A stretch of 63,925 nucleotides of DNA, the filler included, from Octopus bimaculoides (lineage: Eukaryota): assembly GCF_001194135.2 (NCBI RefSeq). It is 6 parts of 5 records of this genome, joined end to end, with 100 filler letters (N's around TTAATTAATTAA, not from the genome) between each part and the next. Parts side by side here need not be neighbours in the genome. Positions count along the whole stretch, not along the records: positions 1 to 25,918 come from NC_068984.1; 5 more parts are not named here. One strand, 5' to 3'. Made by a program: the position numbers and the translations under genes. The notes beneath the pieces are model-generated. The model was not told where the DNA came from and searched no databases. It saw nothing but the letters and a program-made list of their open reading frames with translations. Position 1 is the first letter of the stretch; each line of letters starts with the position of its first letter. This document shows positions 1 to 12,287 of this stretch, in pieces.

Positions 1-518
1 ATATATATTTATATATATATATGTATATATATATGAATAACTACACTGTGGAAAAGACATTGTAGTCATTTAGGAACACATGAAGTAGTCTGCTATATTC
101 ACTTTAGTTTACTTCTTTTTGGTTCAGTCTTTTACAAAGTGTCAAAAATTTCATTGTATTTTCATTCAATCAAGTCACAGACACAATACTAGTGAATGGT
201 AACCAAGTCACAGGTGTGTGACAAAACACTCTGACACTTCATAATAGACTCAACTGTAAAGATGTAAATGAAAAGTGAATACAACAGAACAGTGTTCTTA
301 GATGGTTAAAATATCTCTCTTTTATGACATAGTTGTTTCAGTCACATCACACTGTCTTGAATCAAAGTCACTCACCCAACAAGTACAACTCACTAATATA
401 CATGAGTGCAGCCTTAATATGGCCTTAACTGTGATGGCTAAAAGAAACTAAAGCTTTCATGAATATGTGCACTCCTGTCAGTGAGTCTAGCCATAATAAA
501 TAACTCAAGGCTATCCTT

Positions 519-876
519 GGTTCTGTGTGGCATCCTGGGTAAGTGTCTTCTACTACAGCCTCGGGCTGACCAAAGTCTTGTGAGTGGATTTGATAGACAA
601 AAACTGAAAGAAGCCTGTCATATATACATGTATATATCTATGTGTGTGTGTCTTGAGTATGTGTTTGCCTCCCCCACCACCTCATCACTCAATGACTGGT
701 GTTGGTGAGTTTAAGTCCTTGTAACTTAGCAGTTCAGCAAAAGATACTGATAGAATAAGTATCAGGCTTTAAACAAGTAAGTTCTAGGTCGATTTTTTTT
801 TACTATAAAACCCTTCAAGGTGGTGCTCCAGCATTGCTGCCGTCAAAATCGACAGAAACAAGTAAAAGATAAAAGC
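519..876 (+). mobile_element. tRNA-derived SINE, family A (abundant octopus-type SINE), 5'-eroded copy
   Basis: Contains the family modules AAGTGTCTTCTACTA..GCCTCGGGCTGACCAAAG..GTGAGTGGATTTG, AACTTAGCAGTTCAGCAAAAG, GGTGCTCCAGCAT and an AAGTAAAAGATAAAAG tail; the same modules recur more than 10 times in the window. Confidence 0.85.
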
Positions 877-1439
877 TAATTGAAATGAGAAAAACAAGAA
901 GAAATAAAAATGTAATTTTAGTAAAAAACAAGATTTATTAACCTAATACTGTAATTCCAGTAATACTGTAATTTCCTTAAAAGAAACACTGAACTGTACA
1001 ATGAGAAGCAATGATGCGTGACACCCCTAACTCACATGTCCTCAGTAATACCCCGTTTGTTCATTTGGTTTCTGGACATTTTCAGTTTTCTTTTGTATTC
1101 TTTGTCCTTTAAAGACAACCATAACACAGGCATCTCTCTTGTATCCAATACTCAGATAGCTGGAACTCTCAAGTTATCAACACAAAAAAACAAGAAGGAA
1201 AAAGAAAATGTGTTAATTAGAATTAAGAGAATTTGTACTAATTTGTGTTAATTAATTAATCATCGTTAAAAGAAAGTTTCTACTATATCTTGAATGGATC
1301 ATTGCCTCTCATAGTACAGTCCAGTGTCTATTTTACTGAAATTACAGTCCTTGTATTTTATTAGGTTAATAAATTTTGTACTTTAGTAAAATTATATTTT
1401 TCTTTCTTTCTACTTTTCTCATTTCAGCTCTCTCTTATT

Positions 1440-1808
1440 TTTTACCTTTTACTTGTTTCAGTTATTTTTGACAGTGGCCATACTGGGACACCATCTTGAA
1501 GGTCTTTTTCAGCTGAACAAATTCAACCCTAGGACTTATTTTTTAAAAGCCTGGTACTTATTCTATCAGTCTCTTTTGCCAAACCAGTGAGGGGTAGGGG
1601 GAAAATTCACACATACAGACACACACGTAGATATATGCACATACATATGATGGGCTTCTTTCAGTTTCTTTCTACCAAATCCACTCACCAGGTTTTGGTA
1701 GGCCTGAAGCTATAGTAGAAAACACTTACCCAGGATGCTACGCAGTGTGACTGAACCCAGAACCATGTGGCTGGGAAGCAAACTTCTTACCACACAGTTA
1801 TGCAGAAT
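1440..1808 (-). mobile_element. tRNA-derived SINE family A, diverged copy
   Basis: Reverse-complement modules: CTACCAAATCCACTCAC, GCTATAGTAGAAAACACTT, GACTGAACCCAG (B-box-like), AAACTTCTTACCACACAG (head). Confidence 0.8.
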
Positions 1809-2151
1809 ATTAACAATAATACTGATGTATATATAAAGAGAGAGTTTTAATGAGTTTTGTAAAGTGCTAAATTAATCTAGAAATTAATGATCAGATATGC
1901 GGAAAATTCAGCGGTGCTGGACGGGAAGGAGTTTACTTTAGTGTGAAGTGAGGGGAAGCGTGATCACTACATCATTATAACATTTTAATTGCTAAAATAA
2001 TTTATTTTACATTTTTCTATTAATTGGGTTAGTTGTGATTATTAAGGAAAATTTATCAAATGGTACAAAATCCTCATGGAGTGATAAGAAATATCTTAAC
2101 CTCCTCTTTATTGGATCTAGATTAGAAGCATGATGTGGAATCCTTTTACAG

Positions 2152-2214
2152 TGGTTTGGGGACTATCTAAACCATGAGTCAGCAGCTGGCCTGTCCATTA
2201 TGGAATTACATTTG
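2152..2214 (+). other. candidate 63-nt host exon (WFGDYLNHESAAGLSIMELHL), unverified
   Basis: TCCTTTTACAG acceptor, TTG|GTAATG donor, one open frame with phase 0-0; no protein family recognised. Confidence 0.25.
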
Positions 2215-2255
2215 GTAATGCACAATATTACTTAAAGTGGAAAAATTTCAAACAC

Positions 2256-2287
<32 letters not shown>

Positions 2288-2367
2288 AATAGCCCTGATG
2301 CTGTGGCTCTCATGACTTTTGATCTTAACTGGTTGGAAGTGTTATCATGTACATTGTTTTGTTTTGG

Positions 2368-2540
2368 TGTAAAAGATGGGCTAAACCAAATATTCTGCTC
2401 AATGCCACAGATTTGCATGTCTGTTACTTGACCTTAACCAGTTGAGTGTGTCCTTTAGTAGCTGTTGATATGATCAGAAGTAGTTGGGGAGCATCATAGC
2501 CATGTGTTAAGATGAATCCTTTGGGGTTTAAATAATTCAC
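2368..2540 (-). repeat. interspersed repeat family B, 3' part
   Basis: Reverse complement aligns by eye to 8690-8865 (GGCTATGATGCTCC..ACTAC, TCAAG.AAC.GACA.GCAAATCTGT.G.ATTGAGCAGAATATTTG). Confidence 0.75.
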
Positions 2541-2548
2541 CTCAGGGC

Positions 2549-2702
2549 TTCTTTTTGTTGTTGTTCTTCTTTCTTTTTTTCTTGACTCTTCTTCTTCTTC
2601 TTCTTTTTCTTCTTTTCTTCTTCTTCTTCTTCTTCTTCTTCTTCTTTTCTTCTTCTTCTTCTTCTTCTTCTTCTTCTTCTTTTCTTCTTCTTCTTCTTCT
2701 TC
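2549..2702. repeat. (TTC)n microsatellite running into an N gap
   Basis: Direct inspection. Confidence 0.95.
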
Positions 2703-3100
2703 NNNNNNNNNNNNNNNNNNNNNNNNNNNNNNNNNNNNNNNNNNNNNNNNNNNNNNNNNNNNNNNNNNNNNNNNNNNNNNNNNNNNNNNNNNNNNNNNNN
2801 NNNNNNNNNNNNNNNNNNNNNNNNNNNNNNNNNNNNNNNNNNNNNNNNNNNNNNNNNNNNNNNNNNNNNNNNNNNNNNNNNNNNNNNNNNNNNNNNNNNN
2901 NNNNNNNNNNNNNNNNNNNNNNNTTTGAAGACAAAAGGGTTTGTATCACCCCCAAAATGGGGCTTTGGTTAATAAATGTCACCCTCACTGAAGGACTGCT
3001 GGCTTGCAAAATGATTTAAACAACAAAATACAGTATAGAACCTTTGAAACAAGTGAATTAGTCATAAACTTACCGAGCTCCAAAAACACACCTCCTGCTA

Positions 3101-3560
3101 TTATTTTCTCTTTCATCTGTGTGTATTGAATCGTATCTAGTTCATTGATTCCTAAATATTTATATGTCTGGCTTTGGTCTAATTCTCTTATTTCATTGGC
3201 TTTATCTAGTGTGATGTTGCTACTTTTAGCTAGTTTTCCTCTTTTTAAGGTTGCTTTGGCACATTTTTCTAAGCCAAATTTCATATTTATTTCTTTGGTA
3301 AATCCATGTACTGTCCGTAGTAATGTTTCCAGTTGTTTATCATTTGTACCATACAGTTTTAGGTCATTCATATATAAGAGGTGGCTGATTGTTTTGCCAT
3401 AACACTTGTATCTGCATCCAGTTCTGTTTAACATGTTAGATAAAGGTATCAGAACCAAGCAGAAAAGGAGTGGAGAGAGCGTGTCTCCCTGGAATATTCC
3501 TCTTCTAATGGGGTTGGCTTTGGTTTTTACGAGTCCCTCTTTTGTTTGGAGCTGTAGTTT
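3101..3560 (-). mobile_element. non-LTR retrotransposon RT fragment, R4/Dong-like (RLE-type) LINE
   Basis: Translation gives RRGIFQGDTLSPLLFCL..SHLLYMNDLKLY..INMKFGLEKCA..YKYLGI, i.e. RT motifs with YMDD decayed to YMND; the 5' end abuts (TAA)n. Confidence 0.9.
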
Positions 3561-3596
3561 ATTATTATATTATTATTATTATTATTATTTTTATTA

Positions 3597-3634
<38 letters not shown>
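3561..3634. repeat. (TAT)n/(TAA)n microsatellite
   Basis: Direct inspection. Confidence 0.95.
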
Positions 3635-3832
3635 GGGTGAGAGAGCAGGGCATGCCATCCAAGTCACACTGAGGTAAAATATATGAAGCCCAGTATACCC
3701 ATCATGACTACCCGTCTGATAAGGGTACACCAGGCACATGCATCACAACCACATGTGTGCGACATAGTGGTCTCATATCAAGATAAACAGCGCATGACCT
3801 TGCAGATGGGGCCCAGTTAAAATTTTCTTCAG
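3635..3832 (+). repeat. interspersed repeat, probably the 5' part of family B
   Basis: Higher-GC segment (GAAGCCCAGTATACCCATCATGACTACCCGTCTGATAAGGGTACACCAGGCAC) recalled as a common octopus repeat; no second copy of this part in the window. Confidence 0.45.
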
Positions 3833-4376
3833 NNNNNNNNNNNNNNNNNNNNNNNNNNNNNNNNNNNNNNNNNNNNNNNNNNNNNNNNNNNNNNNNNNNN
3901 NNNNNNNNNNNNNNNNNNNNNNNNNNNNNNNNNNNNNNNNNNNNNNNNNNNNNNNNNNNNNNNNNNNNNNNNNNNNNNNNNNNNNNNNNNNNNNNNNNNN
4001 NNNNNNNNNNNNNNNNNNNNNNNNNNNNNNNNNNNNNNNNNNNNNNNNNNNNNNNNNNNNNNNNNNNNNNNNNNNNNNNNNNNNNNNNNNNNNNNNNNNN
4101 NNNNNNNNNNNNNNNNNNNNNNNNNNNNNNNNNNNNNNNNNNNNNNNNNNNNNNNNNNNNNNNNNNNNNNNNNNNNNNNNNNNNNNNNNNNNNNNNNNNN
4201 NNNNNNNNNNNNNNNNNNNNNNNNNNNNNNNNNNNNNNNNNNNNNNNNNNNNNNNNNNNNNNNNNNNNNNNNNNNNNNNNNNNNNNNNNNNNNNNNNNNN
4301 NNNNNNNNNNNNNNNNNNNNNNNNNNNNNNNNNNNNNNNNNNNNNNNNNNNNNNNNNNNNNNNNNNNNNNNNNNNN

Positions 4377-4467
<91 letters not shown>

Positions 4468-4710
4468 TGATGTATCTCCTTGATACTGTGTCACAACCAG
4501 TTTCCTTACATACTGAGGACCTTTCTCGTAATCCTTGCTGTTCCAAGTTGAGCAGATTTCTGAAATAATACAACTCTTGTAGTTACATCAATCTCTATAA
4601 TGGAACTGTGAAGTCTGTTGGTGATGGTGTCTAGGGTACCTAAGACAACTGGGAGTACTTTTGTAGAAACCCTCTATGGTCTTTGTATTTCCCTAACCAA
4701 ATCCTACATT
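4377..4710 (-). mobile_element. 3' end of an R4/Dong-like RLE LINE with short 3' UTR and (TAA)n tail or target
   Basis: Minus frame reads KYKD..VLPVVLGTLDTI..LFQKSAQLGTARITRKVLSM* (stop 4506-4508), the typical RLE C-terminus; about 40 nt of UTR then (AAT)n. Confidence 0.8.
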
Positions 4711-4844
4711 CATGTCCGCAGACATAGCCATGTCTATGATGATGCACTCTCTTTTCTCCTTGTCCATAACAATAATATCTGGTCACCTTGCATGAAGTCC
4801 ATGATCAACACAAGCACACACATACAAAATTAGTTTCTATGCTG

Positions 4845-4846
4845 TT

Positions 4847-4882
<36 letters not shown>

Positions 4883-4945
4883 GTCGTCGTCATCATCATC
4901 ATCATTATCATCACCACCATCCTCATCATCATCATCATCATCATT
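4845..4945. repeat. (CAT)n microsatellite
   Basis: Direct inspection. Confidence 0.95.
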
Positions 4946-5160
4946 GAAGAATAAGTGCTATTCTAAGCAGGCCAAAAAGTTTTAGACATTATAAGCTTGT
5001 CTGCTACATAAGCTGTCAATGAACACTGCAGCTTCTGAGTTGTTTTATACATATTTATTTCTATGCTCTCTCATCTTGCAGATTTTCTTTCTTTTTTTTA
5101 TTTATTATTATTTTACTGATTGCTTACATTGAGTCTTCTCTTAACTCTTCCTCCACAAAG

Positions 5161-5210
5161 ATTAATAGCGAGGAGAGAATTTGTAGTCTCAGCACAACAG
5201 AGATTGGACA
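5161..5210 (+). other. candidate 50-nt host exon (LIARREFVVSAQQRLD), unverified
   Basis: Pyrimidine tract CTTCTCTTAACTCTTCCTCCACAAAG followed by an open frame and GACA|GTGAGC donor; weak AAG acceptor. Confidence 0.2.
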
Positions 5211-5473
5211 GTGAGCTGTTAGAGATGATAACTGTCTCTGAAAATACATACATATTTAAAAATCTTGCTCAAGTATGCAAAGGAATTAGTTAGTCAAAGC
5301 AATCAATACAGTAACACTCAACAAATGAAGCATTTCTACGAAAAGACGATGAGGAAATTGCTTCAGACTTGTTTAACACTAAACTGGGATTGATTTCAGT
5401 ATTGATGGTTTCAAGTTCAAATTGTTCTTGGGGTCAAATTCTTAGGTTTTGCGAGGCAGAAATATATATATAG

Positions 5474-5668
5474 TTAACCCTTTTCATAGCAATCTGCTTG
5501 AAATTTCCTTTGGTTCTATGCTCCAAACCACCTGTTTTAAAATGATCTTAATTAAAACCTTCCATTAAAATGTTCTAAATACCAGCTTAATAATGACAAA
5601 GTTATTTTGATACATTCCTTATTTACAAAACTAACTGAAACAAAGAAATACAGTAACAAAAGCGTTAA
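5474..5668. mobile_element. piggyBac-type MITE
   Basis: TTAA at 5474-5477 and 5665-5668; termini CCCTTTT and AAAAGCG (one mismatch from a perfect TIR). Confidence 0.65.
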
Positions 5669-5789
5669 GATTTTTATTACTATATTTCTCTTGAAATATA
5701 CTGCCTTTTTTAAAATTTATTTTGTAAACAAAAAAGTCATCATCATTTTTTATCATTTAACGTCGATTTACGATGCTAGTATGGGTTAG

Positions 5790-5965
5790 ACAGTTTGACT
5801 GGAACTGGTAAGCTGAAGATCTGCACCGGATTCAGTTGTCTGTTTTGGTTTGGTTTCTACAGCTGGATGCTCTTCCTAATGCCAACCACTTTACATTGTA
5901 CTGGATGTTTTCTTACATGTCACTGGCATGGGTGCCTTTTATGTGTCACCAGCACTGGCAACAAC
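5790..5965 (-). mobile_element. SINE family D fragment
   Basis: TTCTACAGCTGGATGC.CTTCCTAATGCCAAC is the reverse complement of the GTTGGC.TTAGGA.GGGCATCCA.CTGTAGAA core seen at 25270-25305. Confidence 0.7.
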
Positions 5966-7589
5966 CACAATTCACTTGTAGACTGTTCAGATGATAGAGG
6001 ACATTATTCTCTCATTAATGCACCTCTTTTTGCTTTAGTCTCTGGTGTCTTATCTTGTATACCTGGAGAGAAGAGGGTTCCACCAAGTTAAGATGGTATA
6101 ATGAGGCTGTTGATTTATCCTAAGTTACTCTGATTGAACAGATTTCAGCTATGACCATTTTGTTTTATTTTTCGTAGGTATTTTTGTCTTGCATACCTTG
6201 TACTGTGTTATTCCATGTGTAATGTAAAAAAAGAAATTGTAATTTTGGATGGTAATTGTAGGGTTTGATTTAAGAGAAATTTAGCTGCTATTTCTAGTAG
6301 GTTTTAATGCCCATGCAGTGATTCACTTGGTAACTCATGATACAGAAAAGGAGTTGCTTGTCTGTCGAAGTGCAATTTTCTGTATTGAAACAAATGATAA
6401 TGAAGTGACCTAGTATTGTTAATCTTTGGCCTTCTTACTTTATACTGCCAGTCTCCAAAGTTAACAATGTTGAGAGGCTATCAAAGAATTGTCAAGGAGC
6501 CACAAACAACTGACCAACTGATCAACATGAGAACCTGTTTCCAGTGATTGTCAATTAGTAATTTAGTTAGGTTAGACTATTTCTCACTTTAAAGTGTGAA
6601 TATTTCACTCCAATCCAATCTCGCCCGTCTTTCATGTTAACTATGTACTGGTGGCATCAGTTTCTTATTGGATTTAAGCAGCATTTATGCTTGCTTGTCA
6701 GGGAGTTACTAAGGCAGTACAGATCATGTGTCAGGAGACAATGGTTAAATTAACACCGTAACGTCTGTGGGAGATAATTGGATGAATTTGGAATATAACG
6801 GAAATGGCAAAGTTAATAACTTTAGCAGTACGAGCAACAAGTAATATACTATAATTACATTTGAAAGTGTTTTGAAAGTTATATTAAAGTTAATATTTCC
6901 AGAGTGTCTTTCCTTTCTTTCTTTCTTTCTTTTTCTCTTTCTCGTTCTTTCTCTTTCTTCTTTTCTTTCTAGATTTTTGTATATAATCTTACTACATACA
7001 CACAGATATCCTGGGCTCCATTCAAAGAAAGACAACCCTGATTGATTAACCCACAGATACTCTCATTCTCTGTCTCTCCATCCTCTTCCCTACCTCTCTC
7101 TCTCCCCCCTCTCTCTGTGCCTTTTCTACTGCTGTTACTACAGCCTCTAACTCCTCAGAGTTAGCTAGTCTCATGTCACCTCCATTCAGGCATTGCCATC
7201 TCACTCTCCTTTCTTCCAATCATTCCCCCACATTCTATCTACTTCACCCTTCTCATACCATGCACTAACTATCGCACACATTTTTTTTTTCTCTCCCCAG
7301 AGCTTTCATCTTCTGAATTTCCATCCCTGCATATGCCTTTTTGTTTTTCTTTCCTGCAGCTGTTCAAAGAAAATGCTAAGAAATTGATCTGGTCAAAGAG
7401 AATGTTAACAAATTGATCTCACTGATCTTGCTGTGAATGCAAGGAGCATAGGAACAATCTCTTCTTCCAGCCAAAAACAATATGAAAAAGAACTACACCA
7501 GTAACTTAAACAAATTGAGTTGTATTTTCTTCTACTTACGCCTAACACAAAGATATAACTCTCCTTGGTTCTTTGAGATTTACACTTTT

Positions 7590-7775
7590 GTTCTTTTACT
7601 TTCATTCATTGGACTGCTGCCATGCTGGAGCACCACCTTGTCAGGCTAGTTGAACAAGTTGACCTCAGTCCTCGTTTTAAATCTCTGGTACTTTTTAATC
7701 ACTTCTTGTGTTGAACTGCTATGTCATCAGCCTGTAAATAAACCAAAACTGGTTGCGAACTAGCAGGGAAACATG

Positions 7776-7824
<49 letters not shown>

Positions 7825-7950
7825 GCACGCGTATATGATGGGTTCTCTCTACCAAGCATTGGTCAACCAGTGGCTATAGTAGAAGACACTTACCCAAAGC
7901 CATTCGGTTGCAAAACAAACTTTTTAACTACACTGCTTTACTTGTGCCTA
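7590..7950 (-). mobile_element. SINE family A copy with an internal (AC)n expansion
   Basis: CCATGCTGGAGCACCACC, GCTATAGTAGAAGACACTT; (AC)n at 7781-7820. Confidence 0.75.
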
Positions 7951-8120
7951 GAAGGAATCACTACCGGCAGTTTATAAATATATTATTAATTAACAGCTTA
8001 TAAAAGGCAATCCTTATATCCAACTTAATGTGGATGTTTTTGTACAATGCCAAATGCTATTATATTCACCTTGAGAGGACATATGGTGTATCAAGAAACA
8101 CATATTTATATCATTGGCAG

Positions 8121-8177
8121 ACAATAATTGGCTGCTAAGGGAGCTGGAACCGTGTCCTTATGAGAGTTCCTCTCAAG
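8121..8177 (+). other. candidate 57-nt host exon (DNNWLLRELEPCPYESSSQ), unverified
   Basis: TCATTGGCAG acceptor, CAAG|GTAAAT donor, symmetric phase 1-1, locally raised GC; no family recognised. Confidence 0.3.
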
Positions 8178-8689
8178 GTAAATACTGCAGCGATTGGCAC
8201 TCTGACAAAACATCCCAAAGTCAGTTCCAAGCAGGAGAGCTGCAGAGATAGCTGGGCAGCTTAACACTAGAGTTGTTTCACCTGCTTCCATGATCTTGTC
8301 AGTGCAACAAAAATTTATTTAATCAATGGCCAGTAGTTAATAAAGATTAAATTGCCTTATGGTATTAATACTGCTTCTGTCACTAATAACAGCTAATATT
8401 TTATCATCAAGATTAAACCTACATATTTGTAAGCAACAATTTAAGGTGTGAAACCAGCAACTCTGGCTTTTTAGGTACACAAGTCACTGTTTTGCTCCAC
8501 AATGAAATTATGTCTTTCCTCTACAAATAAAGAGATAAAATATGATTCTTTTACTGTAATTGGCATCTAAGACTAACACTGGGAAATACGATTTTTGTCC
8601 TTTGGGAGCAATTGTTATTTCTAATTTGCTTACACCTTGAAAGTATGAAAAATTGCTAATATTTCCTTTAAACTTTGCTTTTGTTACAT

Positions 8690-8865
8690 TTATTCAAACC
8701 CAAAAGGATCCCTCTCAACAAAAGGCTATGATGCTCCACTACTACACTTGCTCATGATTAGAGATACACATATTGCCAGCTACTAAGGGACATGCTCAAG
8801 TGGTTACAGTCAAGCAACTGACAAGCAAATCTGTCGTATTGAGCAGAATATTTGCTATAACGATA
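8690..8865 (+). repeat. interspersed repeat family B, 3' part
   Basis: Matches the reverse complement of 2368-2540. Confidence 0.75.
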
Positions 8866-9487
8866 TTTCTGCTTCAGCAACTCAATGCTGAATCTATCTG
8901 AAATGTAATGGAAAAGTGGTCAGTTCCAAAACATTGATGCCCAGGTTAAAAAAGCAAAGTTTGAAGGGAATAGTAATCATGTTCTTCGATTTCTAGGGAA
9001 GCAAATAGGAAATACCACTTACTGATCAAAGACAAAAAAAAAAAAAAATTAAAATTTTGTTATACGATGCAATATGCTCCATGAATATTTCTACTTTACT
9101 CTAGTATATATGGTAAGGTATTCCTTTTGTTGAGGAGGCTAAATGACACCAAAACATGTCCAGAATTATTTCCCTATACATATAATTTAATTAACAATAA
9201 TATCAGTCAATAATTTTGAGTTAATTGTTTTTTTCCTTCCGTTCCCACAGTATTACACCTTGTTGGCTTTTTAATGCAACCTGTGTTAAATATGTTTACA
9301 CTAACATAATCATTATGATACAAAATATTTTTCTTCTTTACTGAGACTTACCTCATTGCCACTCTTGCCTGTCAAATCTGGACATCTTGCACCATTCAAC
9401 AATGTTTTGTTCATTTATGAACTGTAGCCAGAGGACTAAATTCGCATGCACGCACACACACACACATACAAACCAGTGTGCGAGTGT

Positions 9488-9875
9488 AGGCATGATTGTG
9501 TGATAAGAAGTTTGCTTCCCAATCACATGTTTCCAGGTTCAGTCCTACTGCATGGTACCTTGGACAAGTGTCTCCTACTATAGCCTCAGGCCAACCAATG
9601 CCTTGTGAGTGGATTTGGTAGATGGAAACTTAAAGACACCCATTGTATATGTATGTATGTGTGTGTGTTTGCTTCTGTCTTTGCTCCCCACCACCGCTTA
9701 ACAACCAGTGTTGATGTGTTTACGTTCCCATAACTTAGCAGTTCAGCAAAAGAGATCCAATAGACTAGGTATGAGGCTTAAAAAAAGATAATCTCTGGGG
9801 CTGATTCATTCAATTAAAATTCTTCAGGGTGGTGCCTCAGCATAGCTCCAGTCTAATGACTGAAATAGGTAACAA
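9488..9875 (+). mobile_element. tRNA-derived SINE family A, near full length
   Basis: Head GGCATGATTGTGTGATAAGAAGTTTGCTTCCCAATCACATG, B-box-like GGTTCAGTCC, then all internal modules and tail. Confidence 0.85.
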
Positions 9876-10046
9876 AAAATGGTAATACATATATATATAT
9901 GAATATATAAAATTAAAACATTAGGGTAAAAAATTAGATATTGATTAATATTGATTTATTACCAGGAAGCAAGCACATTAAAAGAATCAAGGAGATTCAG
10001 AAAAAAATATCTGAGATCTCAAGGGATTATTGTATATGTATATACA

Positions 10047-10082
<36 letters not shown>

Positions 10083-10919
10083 NNNNNNNNNNNNNNNNNN
10101 NNNNNNNNNNNNNNNNNNNNNNNNNNNNNNNNNNNNNNNNNNNNNNNNNNNNNNNNNNNNNNNNNNNNNNNNNNNNNNNNNNNNNNNNNNNNNNNNNNNN
10201 NNNNNNNNNNNNNNNNNNNNNNNNNNNNNNNNNNNNNNNNNNNNNNNNNNNNNNNNNNNNNNNNNNNNNNNNNNNNNNNNNNNNNNNNNNNNNNNNNNNN
10301 NNNNNNNNNNNNNNNNNNNNNNNNNNNNNNNNNNNNNNNNNNNNNNNNNNNNNNNNNNNNNNNNNNNNNNNNNNNNNNNNNNNNNNNNNNNNNNNNNNNN
10401 NNNNNNNNNNNNNNNNNNNNNNNNNNNNNNNNNNNNNNNNNAATTCATTAAAATCTGTTAGATATGTATGTGTTGGTATACAACACATTGTAAGTAGTAG
10501 TAGTAGTTATAGTACATTATCTCCAGTAAGTCATGTTATGGTCTACGTGTAAGCTTGTCGATAGACTGAGAAGTCCTAAAACTGCCAGCTCTGTAGATGT
10601 TCATGTAACCTGCAGGAAAATATATTTGGCAGTCATCTTCTAATGCCTAAATTGTTTTTCTATGTATTGTTCTCAAATATCGATGCATACACACACACAT
10701 ACACAAATACAAACATTGAGAATAAATGCATATATGTGTGTGTGACTGTGTAAGTATATACATATTGGTTATAAGAAAGGTGAAATACTACTCAATATAT
10801 GTTATAGAATATATTTATTTGATTTATTTGCTGAAAGACAAATGTGTGACTATTTGGAATTTTTTACTTTCTCAGGGACATTTTCAGTATGCAAAAAAAA
10901 AAAAAAAGAGTAGTAGCAT

Positions 10920-11350
10920 GTAACCGTCGCATTGACCATGACAGAGAAAGTTGTCATGGCGATACCTGCTCAGAGGCTTACACAAAGTGTATGGAGAAGA
11001 GTGTATGAGATGCACGCAAGTGTACGAGTGGTTCAAATGTTTCCAAGATGGTGGAAAAAATGTCAATATTGGCGCACATTCCAGCAGACCTGCAACCAGC
11101 AGAACTGAGAAAAACATCGCAGATATGCATGCAACTGTGTGGGGAAATCGTCGAATCACCATCAGTGAGTTATCAGATGTGCTGGTTAGTTACAGTTCAG
11201 ATCAGTCCATTATCACTGAAGATTTGGATATGAGGCACGTGTCTGTCAAGTTTGTGTCAAAACTGCTTTCAGTTGACCAAAAAGACACTTGGGTTTCAGT
11301 TTCACAAGATCTCCTTGATTGTGTCAAGAACGATGAAAACGTTTTGAACA
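10920..11350 (+). mobile_element. mariner transposase N-terminal fragment (HTH region)
   Basis: VYGEECMRCTQVYEWFKCFQDG..SRPATSRTEKNI..NRRITISELS..LDMRHVSVKFVSKLLSVDQK; no catalytic triad present. Confidence 0.9.
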
Positions 11351-11702
11351 TTTTGCATAGGTGTTCAAGCAGGTATCGCCAAGCTTTTAGCAAAAGTTGA
11401 TGCAGATTCTCTGCTCAACTTCCTCTGTCATGCTCAATGTGATGATCATATGCTACACACCTTCCTTCCAAGCACTGCTGTAAACAACAGAAGTGAGCTA
11501 GAATGTTAAAACTTAGTGTACATATACAACAGAGTTTAAGGTCAATTTGTGCCAAGCAGCTTCACTCTGCATACTATAGTTCATTACTATGGCAACAGTC
11601 CGGATACTTATTGATCAGACCTTGTATCTATAATATATATTTAAAGAAAAGTGAAACTATTGTATAATTATCGTAATTATTATTATTGTTGTTATTATTA
11701 TT

Positions 11703-11920
11703 AAGGCAGTGAGCTAGCAGAATCATTAGCACACCAAACAAAATACTAAGCAGCATTTCTTCTGGCTTTATGTTCTGAGTTCAAATTATGTCGAGGTCAA
11801 ATTTACCTTTCATGCATTTAGAGTTTGTAAAATAAGTACCAGTTTAGCACTGGGTGCTGATACAATCAACTGACACCCTCCCTAGCAAAATTTCAGTCCT
11901 TGCACTTATAGTAGAAAGAA
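11703..11920 (+). mobile_element. tRNA-derived SINE family C
   Basis: TTCTGAGTTCAAAT B-box-like motif, AATAAGTACCAG, and TATAGTAGAAAG end shared with the reverse copies at 22624, 23712, 32205 and 57830. Confidence 0.8.
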
Positions 11921-12287
11921 TTCTTCTTCTTCTTCTTCTTCTTCTTCTTCTTCTTCTTCTTCTTCTTCTTCTTCTTCTTCTTCTTCTTCTTCTTCTTCTT
12001 CTTCTTCTTCTTCTTCTTCTTCTTCTTCTTCTTCTTCTTCNNNNNNNNNNNNNNNNNNNNNNNNNNNNNNNNNNNNNNNNNNNNNNNNNNNNNNNNNNNN
12101 NNNNNNNNNNNNNNNNNNNNNNNNNNNNNNNNNNNNNNNNNNNNNNNNNNNNNNNNNNNNNNNNNNNNNNNNNNNNNNNNNNNNNNNNNNNNNNNNNNNN
12201 NNNTTCTTCTTCTTCTTCTTCTTCTTCTTCTTCTTCTTCTTCTTCTTCTTCTTCTTCTTCTTCTTCTTCTTCTTCTTCTTCTTCTTC
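11921..12287. repeat. (CTT)n microsatellite with internal N gap, continuous with the SINE C tail
   Basis: Direct inspection. Confidence 0.95.

Noticed and set aside
7360-7500. Strong plus-strand acceptor TTTTCTTTCCTGCAG
   Set aside because: All three frames close within about 60 nt; contains a ~29-bp tandem duplication instead
8880-9030. Possible mariner remnant (KKAK..IMFFD)
   Set aside because: Similarity too weak to support by eye
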